This document shows positions 1-12,655 of a stretch of 64,000 nucleotides of DNA, piece after piece (positions within the stretch are counted from its first letter, which is position 1; each line of letters opens with the position of its first letter). Origin of the DNA: Podarcis pityusensis (Eukaryota); the NCBI GenBank assembly GCA_964106645.2, contig OZ067044.1, one strand, 5' to 3'. The position numbers and the translations under genes are program-made. The notes beneath the pieces were generated by a model. It saw only the letters and a program-made list of their open reading frames with translations. It searched no databases and was not told where the DNA came from.

Positions 1-99
1 GTACTGTCAGGTGTGCCGACCTTTCCCCACACACCCCCTGAGGAGAAGTTTCTGATTTCTTCCCCTCAGAGTGTGTGTGTGTGAGTGGGGGATAGTTTG

Positions 100-1450
100 G
101 CGTGAGGAGGGGACCGCGCGTTGTGCGGAGGCGCCCCATCCTCGCCCTCAGCGCCCCGCGCTCGAGGCGGGGGTGGGGCGGGGCCGCGCGCTCCCGCTCC
201 CTCGCCGCGCAGTCGCTCGCGGCCATGTTGTAGGCGCCGGGAACGAACTGGAGAGGGAAAGGCGAGGGAGAGAGGGAGAAGAGAGCGCGCGCGCGCGCGA
301 GGGCGGGCGCGTGTCTGTATGTGTATATATGTGTGTGAGGGCAACGGCGGCGTCGGCGGCGCATCCCATGGTGCAGCGCGCCGGGAGGGAGGGAGGGAGG
401 GAGGCCGGCTGGCTGGCTGAGGGACGGGCGGAGCGGCCTGGGAAGCGGGAGAAGGAGCAGCTTTCTCCTCCTCCTCCTCCGGCTGAGGGAAGCGACCGGC
501 GGAACGACCCGCGGGGGAAGGGAAGGGAAGGAAGGAAAGAAGAAGAGGGAGGCGGGCGAATGGACGCTCGGCTCTTATGATCGTGGCGCCTCAGGGCTTC
601 GCCGGGTGAGTCTCTCATCCCCCCTCAGCCGTGAGGGGAAAAGGAGGAGGAAAGGCGGGGGCGGCCAGTTTGGAAGGGAGCGTGGATGCGTGTGGGGAGG
701 GAAGAAGCGGTTGTGGGAATGGGGTGACGCTGGGGTGGGGGCTCCGAAAGGCGCGCCCTCCTCTTCTCCCCTCCTGAGGGAAGGCAATGGAATAACATGT
801 AAACGGGGAGTTTTCCATCCCTGAGGGTCTCTTTATGTCACACACACAGAGAGAGATGGAGGGTTGTGGGGCAGGGCTCCGCCAGGGGGTGTGTATGGGG
901 TGGGTGGGTGCAAAGGTGAAGTGGCCGTGGCTTTTTGAATGGGAGCGAGAGTTGTGTGTGTGTGTGTGTGTGTGGAGGGGGAAGCGTCCCCCGAGGTGTT
1001 GTGATTTGCACGTCAGCCGCTGTGGTTTTTGTGTGTTTCCACTAACAAAAGGGCCCATCCGAGCTCTGCAAACTTCGGGGCTCTTTGATTTCTCTCTCTC
1101 TCTCTCTGGAATCGCGAAGGAAAGAGAAACCAAGCCGCTTCCCCCCCCCCTTTTTTTTCTCTCTCTCCCCCACCAAAAGCAGGGAAGAGGAAACGAAGCT
1201 GCCTAAAAATAATAAACCTTTCCTTTGGGTGATCCACACCCGGCCGCCGCCCCCGCCTCCGTGTTTTGTTCCTGACCCAGCCTTTGCGATGTGTGGAAGA
1301 AGGAGGTCCACGGGAGTTCGCGAGGAATGCCGTGTAGGCCTTAAGTGCCTCTGGGGCGTGTGAAGGGGGTCGCTTGTGGGGAAACTAAACGAAAAGGGCG
1401 GGGCGGCCCTCCAGTCTGGGATGCATCCGTCCCCGAAACACGCTTATAAC
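100..1450. promoter_or_regulatory. CpG-island promoter of a + strand gene
   Basis: Very GC/CpG-rich compared with the AT-rich, CpG-depleted remainder. GC box GGGGCGGGGC at 175-184, Inr-like GCAGTC near 209-214, YY1-type GCGGCCATGTTG at 219-230. Confidence 0.9.
211..605 (+). other. Probable non-coding first exon (5' UTR) of an unidentified gene; start approximate
   Basis: Lies in the CpG island and ends at a consensus donor CGG|GTGAGT (GT at 606-607). Purine-rich leader with only short upstream ORFs. Confidence 0.7.
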
Positions 1451-3289
1451 CTGTAGCATGGAGAGTTGTGGATCGGCGTGTGCATCTTGAGCAACACGGG
1501 GAGTGGTGTGTGTTTGTGTGTGTGAGTGGGAAGGCTGCAAGGGAAGTTGCTGAGATTTCTTGTGTGCGCATCTTTTGGCCAAATAGTAAAAAATTCAGGT
1601 TGCCTGATCCACAGGGGGAAAGGGTAGCCTCCGAAAGGGGGAGTGTATGCGTGCTGCTTGTGTGTTTTGCGGTGGTGGTGGTGGTGTGTTATTCACCCAA
1701 GGCAGGTTTCTTTTGAAAGATTTTGAGGAGGAAAGGATCCAAATCCAGTGTAAATACACTGAATCACCCTCTCATCTTCACACTCTCCCCACAGTGAGAT
1801 GGGCACAGCGGCAAAATAATCTTAACTCATTTCCAGATCATGTGTATATAGTAAAATTAATCCAGAATTTTGTGCGTTGTTCCTCCCAGCCCATGTTTCT
1901 CTTTTTCTAACTTTTAAATATATTGCTGGTTTTGCATTTATTTGTTCTAGATTAGTATATTGGCCAGTTCTAACATACAAAGCTAGGGATTTTGTGAACT
2001 TGGCAGATCTGTATTACTTGAAATACTTTTTTTTTTTTTTAACTGAAACTACTTTATTCCAGTAGTATAGGCTATAATACCAATACTGGGCTCTTGTACT
2101 GCTGATCTGCAGTTGAGTTTCTGGCAATATATGTAGTACCATAATAAAGATATTGGAAGGGAGTTTAAGCTGAAAGCAGAAAGTTTGCCAGTGGAGATTT
2201 CAGAGTTCATTGTTCATGATGTACATCCGTACTGCAAGCTTTCCACTCCCCCTCCCCACCCCCACATCTGGAAGTAGTTAGCTTTGATTCTTCCCTCCCC
2301 ACACTCCTTTCTTAAATGACACCCTCTGTGTATGTTAAATGATAGAATTTATAACTTGTCCGCCATTTAAAGGATCAAGGCCAGCAACCTCTTATTTAAT
2401 TTGTTCATCCTTTCAACTTTTCTTCATTTGTGCTTTACTGAATGTTGAGGCGAGAATTATGTCTCCTCTCCTTACTGAGTCTATAGCTGAACTGGGAAGT
2501 GAACCCAGGTGCCTGAGGTCAATTCTGTTCAGTGTATCATAGTTGCTTTCATTCCAGCTGCAGGGCCTGATATCACAAGCCTTGGCTTCCCTTTTGCTGA
2601 CAGTCTCATATGAAGCTAAGTTACAACACTGCTCTTCATTGTGTATAATTGCACTTCTGTGTTATCAATTTGCTGGTTCAGGGTTCTGTGATACAAGCAA
2701 TGATCTGTGATGCTGTAGTTCTTTATAACTGAGTAGCATTGTGTTTGTGTAGCAGCATCCATCCCACTGTGTAGTCAAGGCAGCTTTGCAGCATTTTGAA
2801 TCACTAAAATGCATCATTTTTTGTGTGAAAACCAAAGCAGTTATTTAAATGCTTTAAACGTAGTTATTTAAATGCTTTAAACGGAACATCAGTTAATGTT
2901 CAGAGAGGAGATTTGTTCCTCTCCCCAAAAAGTAAAAATGTATTCACTTGCCTTGAAAAGTTCTAAAGGTCTTTATTACTGAGTAGAAGGAGGAATTATG
3001 GCATACATGTGGCATTTTCTTAATGCTGTGATTTGACTAACAACTGCACCTGCTGAAATTCTCTTCACAACTATTACATGTTCAAGAGCCCCTGTTGTTG
3101 ATTGCATCTGGTCACTGTAGTCCTGTTTCCAGGGGTGATGTAATCATATCCTGTTTTTCAAGTAAATGGCATGGTATTAAGAGTGTGTTCTTATGTAAAC
3201 GATTTCTAGTTTTTGAGGACGAATCAGAAGAGACATCAAAAGCAACAATTCAGTTTGTAGATTCAACAAGCCTCTTGGTGACAAAGGAT

Positions 3290-3380
3290 GAATCGTAGAA
3301 TCATAGAATCATAGAGTTGGAAGAGACCACAAGGGCCATCGAGTCCAACCCCCTGCCAAGCAGGAAACACCATCAGAGCA
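3290..3380 (-). mobile_element. CR1 LINE extreme 3' end
   Basis: Reverse complement of the 3' UTR and (TTCTATGA)n tail seen at ~54095-54178 and ~61755-61842. Confidence 0.9.
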
Positions 3381-3958
3381 GAATCTTTTAATTTGGTTTT
3401 GATACTAATATGTGTAAACATTCAAGGAAGTTGGAAATTTCCATAAATATTGTTTCCTCCACTATTGCAAGAATCTCAGAGCATCAGTGTGGGTCTTTCA
3501 GAATGGCAGAAATATTTGGTATGCTGCTGCCTACAGATCGGAGATAATAGGATGTTGCAAATCCTCTCACATCTCTTAAGAACTGTGTATATGCCTTTCA
3601 TCAAATATAGCAAACAATTTGTAAATTGAGTAATGGCACAGGAAAGTTGCTGATAACTGCCTTCAGAAGTGTGATGTAGTAAGATAGTTACTTCAAGAAT
3701 CAGCAGTGTTGATTAAAAAAAAAGATGCTTAAAAGGGAGCTGTTAGAACTGAACATTTGCTGTATGCTTGCCATTGTTCAGTATTCATGTAGCTCTGTTA
3801 CTAACTTTCTTTAAAAATATAACTAGAAGAGAGAAACTCAGGTTTGCTTTTGAAATTGTTTGAGATTTTTGAATGTATTATTAATATTACCATCATATAC
3901 ATATGAGAGGTAATGAAAATTGGTGTAGGGTATTGGTGAAGAGACATGAACTTACATT

Positions 3959-4430
3959 CAGGTAGGTAGCCGTGTTGGTCTGATGCAGTCAAAATATATA
4001 TAAAAAATAAAAAAATAGTCCAGTAGCACCTTAGAGACCAACTAAGTTTGTTCTTGGTATAAGCTTTTGTGCGTATGAACACTTCTTCAGATGCACTACC
4101 TTCAGATACCTTCAGCTATTTGAAGAAGTGTGCATGCACATGAAAGCTTATACAGTGGTACCTCGGGTTAAGTACTTAATTCATTCCGGAGGTCCGTTCT
4201 TAGCCTGAAGCACCACTTTAGCTAATGGGGCCTCCTGCTGCCGCCACGCCGCCCAAGCCCGATTTCTGTTCTCATCCTGAAGCAAAGTTCTTAACCTGAA
4301 GCACTATTTCTGGGTTAGCAGAGTGTGTAACCTGAAGCGTATGTAACCTGAAGCGTATGTAACCCGAGGTACCACTGTACCAAGAACAAACTTAGTTGGT
4401 CTCTAAGGTGCTACTGGACAATTTTTTTAT
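3959..4430. mobile_element. Penelope-like inverted-repeat element, interrupted by a MITE
   Basis: Long inverted arms (GTCCAGTAGCACCTTAGAGACCAACTAAGTTTGTTCTTGGTA and its reverse complement). Flanked by a 13-bp direct repeat ATGAACTTACATT (3946-3958, 4431-4443). Family assignment from recalled squamate Penelope termini. Confidence 0.7.
4153..4377 (-). mobile_element. Tc1/mariner (Tigger-like) MITE
   Basis: TIRs CAGTGGTACCTCGGGTTA...TAACCCGAGGTACCACTG with TA target duplication. Opposite orientation to the copies at 11527 and 40065. Confidence 0.9.
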
Positions 4431-5025
4431 ATGAACTTACATTGTACTTTGGAAGGCAACATTTGAGTAGGGTTATCCTATGGTTTATTGAACATGGGAT
4501 CTCTTGCCCAACCATGGTTTCCTGTTGTGTGAACGAGCTATGCTGAGCCAGGGTCTCATGCTCCTCTTCTTCCATGAGCAAATGGAAAAGATGAGAGGTT
4601 TTCAATTTTAAGCAAGCTGTAGTTCCCTGTTAAGGCTGATATCTGGCAATAGTGGTTTGTTTAAACTCTAGTGAGAACCAAACCAGGATCAAACAAAGCT
4701 TTCTGTTCCTGGCTTGTTAAATAATTTAATAAGCTGCAGGACAGAGGTTGGATGCACTGTGGATTGCACTGAGATTGTTTAAAATTGGATAACTGAAGTT
4801 TCCTATTTTTACCTCCTGGTGTACAAAAGTGTGTGTGTTGGGGAAGCCTGAGGCTAACCACAACTTACTCATGTGGCTCCTGTTATGCCTGAACCATGCA
4901 ATTGGGTTCAAATATCCACCGGATGCTCTTGTTCTTTCATTATTGTCTAAGCACATCAAAACATCAAAGGATGCACTTCAGTGTAAGCATGTGTATAGTG
5001 ATGCACATTGGGGCACGCACACACA

Positions 5026-5052
5026 CGTGTGTGTGTGTGTGTGTGTGTGTGT
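5026..5052. repeat. (GT)n microsatellite
   Basis: Direct observation. Confidence 0.9.
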
Positions 5053-5055
5053 ATA

Positions 5056-5198
5056 CAGTGCTTTTTTCTAAAAAATGTTTAGGGGTACTCACATTTTCCT
5101 ACTCATGTTGAAATACTGCCCCTCAATTATGCCAAACTTAGATTCACAAAATGTTTAAGGGTATACTTACCCCTGTGTACCCCCAGAAAAAAGCATTG
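5056..5198. mobile_element. hAT-type MITE
   Basis: TIRs CAGTGCTTTTTTCT / AGAAAAAAGCATTG, with 8-bp flanks TGTGTATA / TGTGTATG (7/8 match). Confidence 0.75.
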
Positions 5199-5224
5199 TG
5201 TGTATGTATATATATGAGCACACA

Positions 5225-5755
5225 CATGCTCATGGGGTCTGTACTGGTGGTCACTGAGCAGGAAAGAGATCTTTGAGTTGTTGTGGACAGCACAGTGACA
5301 ATCTTGACCCAGTGTGCAACATCTGTGAAAAAGGTGAATGCCATGGTAGGGATAATTGGGAAAAGGACTGAAAATAAAACTTGCCATATAATGCTATTGT
5401 ATAAATCTGTGGTGTGACTGTGTGCAATTGAGATTTCCTCACCTCAAAGATATTGTAGAGCTTGAGAATGTTCACAAAAGGGCAACCAAAATGATCAAGG
5501 GAATGGAGCAACCCCCCTGTGTGGAAAGATTGCAGCATTTGAGGGTTTTTAGTTTTGCTGAATGAGAGAATACATGATAAAGTTGTATAAAATTGTGCAC
5601 GGTGTTGAAAAAGTGGATAGAGAAAAGCTCCCCCCCCCCCCCCCATAATGCTAGAACTTGGTGCCATCCAGTGAAGCTGGATGTTGGGCTGACGTACAAA
5701 AGAAACTACTACTTCACACAGCATGTAGTTATTGATGGCTTTAAAATAGGATTGT
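5225..5755 (+). mobile_element. Old degenerate CR1 LINE ORF2 3' fragment
   Basis: Degenerate CR1-like blocks (CAGGAAAGAGATCTT, GGGCAACCAAAATGATCAAGGG, GATGGCTTTAAAA), partly similar to the CR1 at 53710. Many stops and frameshifts. Confidence 0.75.
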
Positions 5756-7343
5756 GAGGAGACTGCTGATGCATTCATGTTCAGCTTGTGGGGACTTAAC
5801 ATGGGCATTTGGCTAGCTGCTATGAGAACAGGTTGCAATGTTGTTAGATGGAGGAGCAAGTGTGTGAGCCTAAAAAGCTGTTCCTGATGTTCCAGAGTTG
5901 TGTGTGTATTGTGGGGGGAGTATTGTCTGAACATGTGCTATGTGGGCTTAGGCAAACCACGGTTCCTTTGCTCTTAACTGAAATAAGGAACATTTTAGTG
6001 GGTGTCTGTGAGAATTTCTGAGCTAATGTATGAGGAACCTTAAACAGTTAAAACATATTCTAAAATGCTGATTATTCTTATATGCATAAATAAAAAAGTA
6101 TTCTGTTCTTACTACATTCCTGTGAAGAACTTGATAACAGTTACTTTTTTCAGCAGAAACATGCTCCATTCTGTTGAGGTGGGCTCAATTTCTCTAAAGG
6201 CATTTTTCCGATATCTGTCTGAGCGAGTAAGAAAAAGGCTTCTCTTCAGAATTTTCTTCTTTTTTGTGGTGTCTGCCATTCCCCCTTTCCACCCCACATG
6301 CTCCATAATAATAATAGGTCTGAAGATTGTGGAGGGTGCAAAATGATGGTTAGGCTGCCAACACATTTGATGATGCTGTCATTTGCAATGGCATCACATT
6401 AAACCTAAGGGAAAAGAAGCTTTGCTGCCACTGCTTATGATGAGCCCCTCAAGCCTGAGAAAATACTGAAAAATGTCTCTTTCTCATAGAGAAATTTGGT
6501 GCAATGGTGCTCACTGTCCTTTGTTTCCGTACTCACAGATTGAGTGGAGAATTTCAAAAGGCCATTTGCACTACTCTAATTGGAAGCATATTTGTGTTTT
6601 CTTTCTGGTGGGCAACTCACATATTGAAGTTTTTCACAATTTCGAAGCATTTCTATTTCTGTTTCCTTATTTCTTTCTAGACTGGTTTCTAGTTTCAACG
6701 TCTATATCTGTTAAACTGACTATTTCTTGTTATGTTAAATTTCACAATCATAAAGTGAAATTTGATCTTGCCGTAGAAACTCCGTGGAGAATCATTCAGG
6801 GTTTTTTTGTGCTTTTTTGGGTATTTGAATAGCTTCTCATCCTTTCACTGGTACAAGGAACAGACTAGTTTAGTCAGCAAAAATTCTTAAGACAAGTGGC
6901 TTTGAAAAGACCAGAGCTAAAGATCTTGCCTTGCTTCTCTTTTCTGTATAATGTTGTACTTGGACAACTCTTGTAAGTTTTCACTTTCCAGGAATGAGGA
7001 GTTGTCTTTTGCATTGGCAACAGAAAAAAAGATAGGAACACATCAATCTTCCTAGCTAGGCAATAACTGCCTTCTCTGTTCGTTGGTTAAGGGGAGGAGC
7101 AGGGGATGTTGTCCCAGATTTCAGTCCTGTCAGTTCAAATATTAAGCTGAAAGGTTGGGTTGAACCGATACAAGCTGTTGTAGGGGGAAGAAGCAAGCCA
7201 CTACCTGCCAGCTTTCTCTTCTTTTTGGGAAACCTTTTGTTTTGATCCTCTGGATTGCAATCAAGGCAAGAAGAGTCTCAGTGCCCTGCTCCCCTTTGCT
7301 TTTGACAGATTCTAGAAATTCCTGCTTTTCCCCCCAAAGAATG

Positions 7344-7423
7344 GGGCATTGCAGGGGGTTGGACTAGATAACTCAGGGGGTCCCTTCCAACTCCACAATT
7401 CTACGATGCTGTGATTCTATGAT
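7344..7423 (+). mobile_element. CR1 3' end
   Basis: GCAGGGGGTTGGACTAGA...CTTCCAACTC...ATTCTATGATT tail. Confidence 0.8.
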
Positions 7424-8120
7424 TGCTCTGTAGGTAGAGGTATGATGCTAATCCTTTTGGTCTGGTTTGTTCACTTTAGTCATCTTTGGTTTATGTGTGC
7501 TGTTTAGTGTGTGTTTTTCCCCTTCTGATTTTGCTATACTGTTCTGGACTTTGGTGTTTGATGCTGGTGTGGCATGCCATACGGATGGACGGTGTTTTTT
7601 TCCTTCCAAGTATATGATTTATCCTTGCACCTCCTCTTGGCCTCTGGGATCGGTCAGCTGATCAGGCTGCCTAAATGGCATGCAGCAAAGGAGACTAGTG
7701 TTCAAAATGCTGTGATTTAGCTTTCTGGCTAATTGGAACTCTTCTTTAGGTGATTTGGGCATTTAAGTGTGCTTCAGGTAGGCACATAATATTGTAAGGG
7801 TTAGCTCAGATGAGTTGTCAGCAACAGGTTCCCCCCTTCCACTTGCTGGCTTTGCTCTGGAAAATGAATATCTGAATTAAATGTTGGCAATTTTGATAGC
7901 AACAATATTGTGAGCACACAGTGAGAAATTCGCATGCATGAGGAGTCCCTGTTCAACAATAAACTTCCATTGATAAGCACCCATATTCAAAACATATACT
8001 TTCCCTCTGCAATTTCAGAATTTGGACTCAAGCTTTTCTGATTTGGGGGCCATGTTGATTACCCATGTAATTTGATGACAAACTAGCACATAATTTGGTG
8101 TAGAATTAATTGTAACCACC

Positions 8121-8460
8121 AATACTATTTTTCTAGAAAAAGAGGTGCCAGAACTCACCGTGAACACCTCCCGCCAAATGCTCTGCTCACACTTCTAATA
8201 AGCTGGCAGACCAGAAAGGGGGGGGGGGGGCACAGGGCTGCTGTGATGGTCCATGATGGCAACTGGTTTCTTCCACTGAGGCATCCAGAGGAGCCTTGCA
8301 CACCTTGCCTGGCCACCCAGAGCAGCAGAGGAGTGGCCCAGGGAGTGTATGGATGGGTGAGTGGTCTCCGAGCCAGGGTGGAGAGACACAATTTTTGCAA
8401 CCCCCCTGGGCCTGCATCACTGGCAGGGGCAATTCTAGCCAACCTCTAGGTACGCCCCTG
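8121..8460. mobile_element. Composite or degenerate hAT-like DNA transposon fragments
   Basis: Left end resembles the 5056 MITE terminus (TTTTCTAGAAAAAGAGG). Right end CTAGGTACGCCCCTG is the reverse complement of a CAGGGGCGTA hAT-type TIR. GC-rich interior. Confidence 0.4.
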
Positions 8461-11400
8461 ATTAATATACAAAGTCCTGAGCAACTTGAGACACAGTACC
8501 TTGAATACTACCTGAGCTCTTGTGCCAAGCTATGGAAATAGGCTTTGAGCCACAGGATAGAGGCCTGATGCTTGAATGAATGAATACGTACTGCTGATCA
8601 CATATCCTTAAACTATTGCGATGGGTATGCATAATAAAAGCAGTGAGTAGTGGATGTTGATTCCATGGGTTAACTTCTTTGTTCTGCTGTGATGCTACCT
8701 CAGCCAGATCTATTTCAGAGAATTTATTTAATATCCCACCTTTTTGTCTGACAATAGGCTTCCAAGGCAGCTGACAATAAGAAGCTTTTTTTAAAAAAAA
8801 TTGTTGTGACTTACGAAAGGCTTTGGAATGACAGGAAGGTATATACCCATGAGGCCTTGCTGCTTTGTGGTTCATCATCTGTCCTGCAGATTTATGAGGT
8901 TAAAGTATTATAATTCCATATAATCTATTCTATGTTACTTGTAGAAGTGGGATATAAGTGTGATAAACAAGCATGAACGCTAAGTGATTTATAGTTACCA
9001 GTAACCTCTCAGGATGTCCAGTGAATCTTAAGAAAAGGGAAGTTGATAACACACAGCATCTCTGCAAGTGAACTTGTTAAACTTATCCAGAACAAAACTT
9101 AGTCAATAAGAAATGTAGTGGCTTCCTTATCTAGCAATTTGCCCATGACTGAAGTCACTTTCACTTGGGTCCTTTGAGTACTGTTTCCTCTAATCCCTGA
9201 AAGATAACGCCCACATGATAACATCCCTAAGAGATCCCCAGAGGGTGAGGCAGAGTGACTTCCAGAGAAAGGGTAAGGGCTGGTGTCTTCTAAGAAAGAT
9301 TATGAATGGAAATGGGTGAATTGCTTATGTGATGTTTTTAAAGCCTCAGGACCATATGTGCATTTTACCTTTCTGGTGTCAGTAATAAGTTACGAACTGT
9401 AATTTTGGTAGAAATTTAGCTGAGGTTTGGCATGGACTATTACAGTGGCATATTTGTAACTTATTTTAAAGAGTCTGAGCTCTTGAGATTGGGTGATAAA
9501 TGCTTTTAAACATGCACGACTCAGTCCAGTAAAGTAGGCCCAATATGAGGACCCTATGTTATGAAATGTAAGGCTGTTGATTTATCTGAAACCACTGTTT
9601 TAGTGCCTTGCTACCTTTTTATTATTTAGCTTAACTCTGGAGGATGGATGGGGCAGAAAAAAAGATGTGTTTTTTTACCGTCTCCTGATATTTAATTATT
9701 TTTATGGTCTAGAAAGACCTTTGTTTTCCCAATTGAGAGTTGTGGAATATTTTAAAACTGTGAATATTGTCTGTGTTCAAGCTGGGGCTTGTGCATTTGT
9801 ATGCTTTTCTTGAATTGAGCTAATGTAGCATATGTTGCACAGTTCTTACATAACTAGAATTCACTTAGACGTCCAAGGGTTACATTCGGCTTTCCCCCGC
9901 CCCTCTGTCCTTCCAACCAGTTTTCGCTTTTAAGAGCTGAAGCAGCCTCATCATTGCTAGATGAACTGACTTAAGCCAGCCACTGCATGTGGAACTGTTT
10001 TCTCCCAGTGAACATAGGGAGGAAGGTTGTTTGTGAGGAGGTTTGGTTTATCTGCAAATTGAGAGTGGGGAGGGAAGTGGGCCACAAGTGGGACTTTCTG
10101 GGAAGTTAGGATTGTAGTGTGTGTGTTTGTGTGGGACAGAGAGAGAGATAGGAAGAAGGGAGATGACATGAGTATATGGCATTGGGATTTAGAGTGTGTG
10201 AAACTTTGGGAAGAATCATAGGAAAAGACAGGGGATACCATAGTATTTCTGTCTGAAAATGTGCATATTTCCCCTCTAATTCCATTGTGTATTCTACTTG
10301 CAGTCTGCTCAGTTTCTTTCCACGTACAAATTGACTCTTGGTAATTTCCTAGTGAATTTTGCTGCCTTGTATCTTATATTTTAGGTTAAGTGTGGTGTTT
10401 AGCAAATAATACAGTACTGCAAATTGCTTGTATGTGTTGCATTAGAAATTGAAATAGGCAATAAGCCTGAAGCCCTGGTCTCACTCAGCTTTGATGTTGA
10501 ACAAAGAGTAGTTTTTATTGGTTCAGTCCCTGCAGTTGCCCTACCATTCTTGATAACTAGCAAAAGGAAATGAGAGGATATTATAACGAGGACTGCGACA
10601 CCAAATGTTAATGAGGGTCTTTTTAATTAACTGCACATCATGATAATTTTAGGAAGAGGTTTCTGAACAGCTAGAGGGCATGGTTAGGCACGAGGCCAGA
10701 AGTAACCGAGGTCAATACTGGAAACATAACTGAAAGTGATGAGTCATAAGGCATTTTTTGTGGGTAGTGAAAGTTAGGTACTTGGGAAGTGTGAGCAGAT
10801 AGCAAGAATAACAAACACAAGGCTGCAATAGATTTTGGGTCCTAACAGATCTCAGGCATTCAAAATGTTCCATGAAGCGCCATGAAGTCAGAGTTTTACA
10901 GTCAACCAGTGGTCAAAATAATTACTGGTCTTCCCTAGAAATCTTGACTGCAATCAGTCCAGAAATTAATGTTATTTAAATTCTTAATACACCTCTCCCC
11001 TCTCCCCCTTTTGGCAAAGTATTGTTGTGCCCTGTCACCTGCAAGTACTTTTCATGCTTGGGAGCCTTAAAGCCTTATGTGGTTTGGTGTATTGCACTGC
11101 TTGGGGGCTGTTGTGTCAAAAACAAAGCATTATATTGGGCATATGTGTGTTTTCTCATTTACTTAACACAGTTGATGAGGGGTTTTCTAAGCTGTGGTAT
11201 GTAAATGGCTTTGAACACCCTAAAGTGATATATATAAATGCTAAATATGAAATAGTATTTTCTCACAATTTCCTGTCCCCTCTATCTTTCTTTTTACTGT
11301 TCTGTAGTAAAGCAGACTACAATTTCATCATTATTGGCTAATGTAAGGCTGGAATGCTAATAGAGCATGCCTTAGTGTGGCCTCCCTGCCATAAACTAAA

Positions 11401-11526
11401 ATCTTTGCCATATACTGGATTTTAATTAACTGTCTAGTACTGAAGGACTCCTGGATACAAATGAACTCTCTACTGATTCTTTCTAGGATAAGAAGTAGCA
11501 AAAAGTATAGCAGATGCTTATATGTA

Positions 11527-11742
11527 CAGTGGAACCTTGGGTTACAGATGCTTCAGGTTACAGACTCCGCTAACCCAGAAATAGTACCTCGGGTTAAGAA
11601 CTTTGCTTCAGGATGAGAACAGAAATTGCACGGCGGCGGCGCAACAGCCCCATTAGCTAAAGTGGTACCTCAGGTTAAGAACAGTTTCATGTTAAGAACA
11701 GACCTCCAGAACGAATTAAATTCTCAACCAGAGGTACCACTG
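11527..11742 (+). mobile_element. Tigger-like MITE
   Basis: TA|CAGTGGAACCTTGGGTTA...GAGGTACCACTG|TA, same family as 4153 and 40065. Confidence 0.9.
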
Positions 11743-11784
11743 TATAAGAAATGGCTTTTCAGTACTTGTGTGCTAAATGTGATG

Positions 11785-12025
11785 CGGTGGAACCTTGTGT
11801 TACGTACTGCCCCCTTGCGAACGCTGTGGGTTACGAGCTCAGCTAACCCAGAAGTAGATGCTCCCGGTTTTGACCTTTGCCCCGGGATATGCGCGGAAGT
11901 CGCTCACCAGCAGCACGGGAGCAGTGGGAGGTGCCATTAGCGAAAGCACGCCTCATGTTACAAGCGGTTTCAGGTTGAGAACGGACCTCCGGAATGAATT
12001 AAATTAGTAATTGGAGGTACCACTG
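11785..12025 (+). mobile_element. Tigger-like MITE (diverged or related subfamily)
   Basis: CGGTGGAACCTT...GAGGTACCACTG|TA, with shared internal blocks GCTAACCCAGAA and GAACGGACCTCCGGAA. Confidence 0.85.
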
Positions 12026-12554
12026 TAATGATGTTTAAGTTAGAAGCAAATTCTTACTGAACATTGAAAAGGAGTAGGAGGAAGGTATTTCTCTGGAAAT
12101 ACCTCAGAGGTGGCATTTACACAGTGTTAGAAACTGAGATATAAGAGCTAGGAGCCAAATGGCACCTTCAAATTAGGTTTCAGTTGCCACAATATGTCTA
12201 GAAACATTTTTTTTTACATGATTACACAGCAAATGAAGACAAGATAGGCCATTTAGCTGAAGATGGAATAAATACTGTGCACGAAAGACAAGTTCTTTTA
12301 AAAAGAAGCAATCAAGTGGAAAAAGCAGTCTAGAAGAGATGTGACTCCAGTTTCATTCTAGCAGAAGTTAAAAACTGAACCTCTTTTACTCAGAGTGGGT
12401 AGTTTGCCAAAACCTGCATCTCTAAAAAAATTGTGAATAACTTTGCTTAGAGAATTTATTTGGTTCTATTCACAGTTTTTTTTTTTGTATTTGGAGGGTT
12501 GTAACCAGCCATAGCAAAACAGGTTGTACAGAGAGCACAGTTGGACTTAAGTTT

Positions 12555-12655
12555 AGGCATGTTTAGGACAGTCACAACCAGTGAACATGGCTGAGTTAGG
12601 TTTTGAACCTGGGTCTCCCAGGTCCTAGTTCTACAGACACTACACCACACTGACT
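12555..12655 (-). mobile_element. tRNA-derived (MIR/Squam-like) SINE fragment
   Basis: Reverse-complemented B-box-like head (TTTGAACCTGGGTCTCCC...CACTACACCACACTG). Confidence 0.55.

Noticed and set aside
66-1716. Many 60-170 aa ORFs on both strands in the CpG island
   Set aside because: Low-complexity Gly/Arg/Pro-rich products expected from GC-rich DNA. No recognisable protein.
2839-2883. 22-bp tandem duplication AGTTATTTAAATGCTTTAAACG
   Set aside because: Ordinary slippage duplication.
5251-5934. 227-aa minus-strand ORF
   Set aside because: Antisense to a degenerate CR1 fragment, with no protein similarity recognised.
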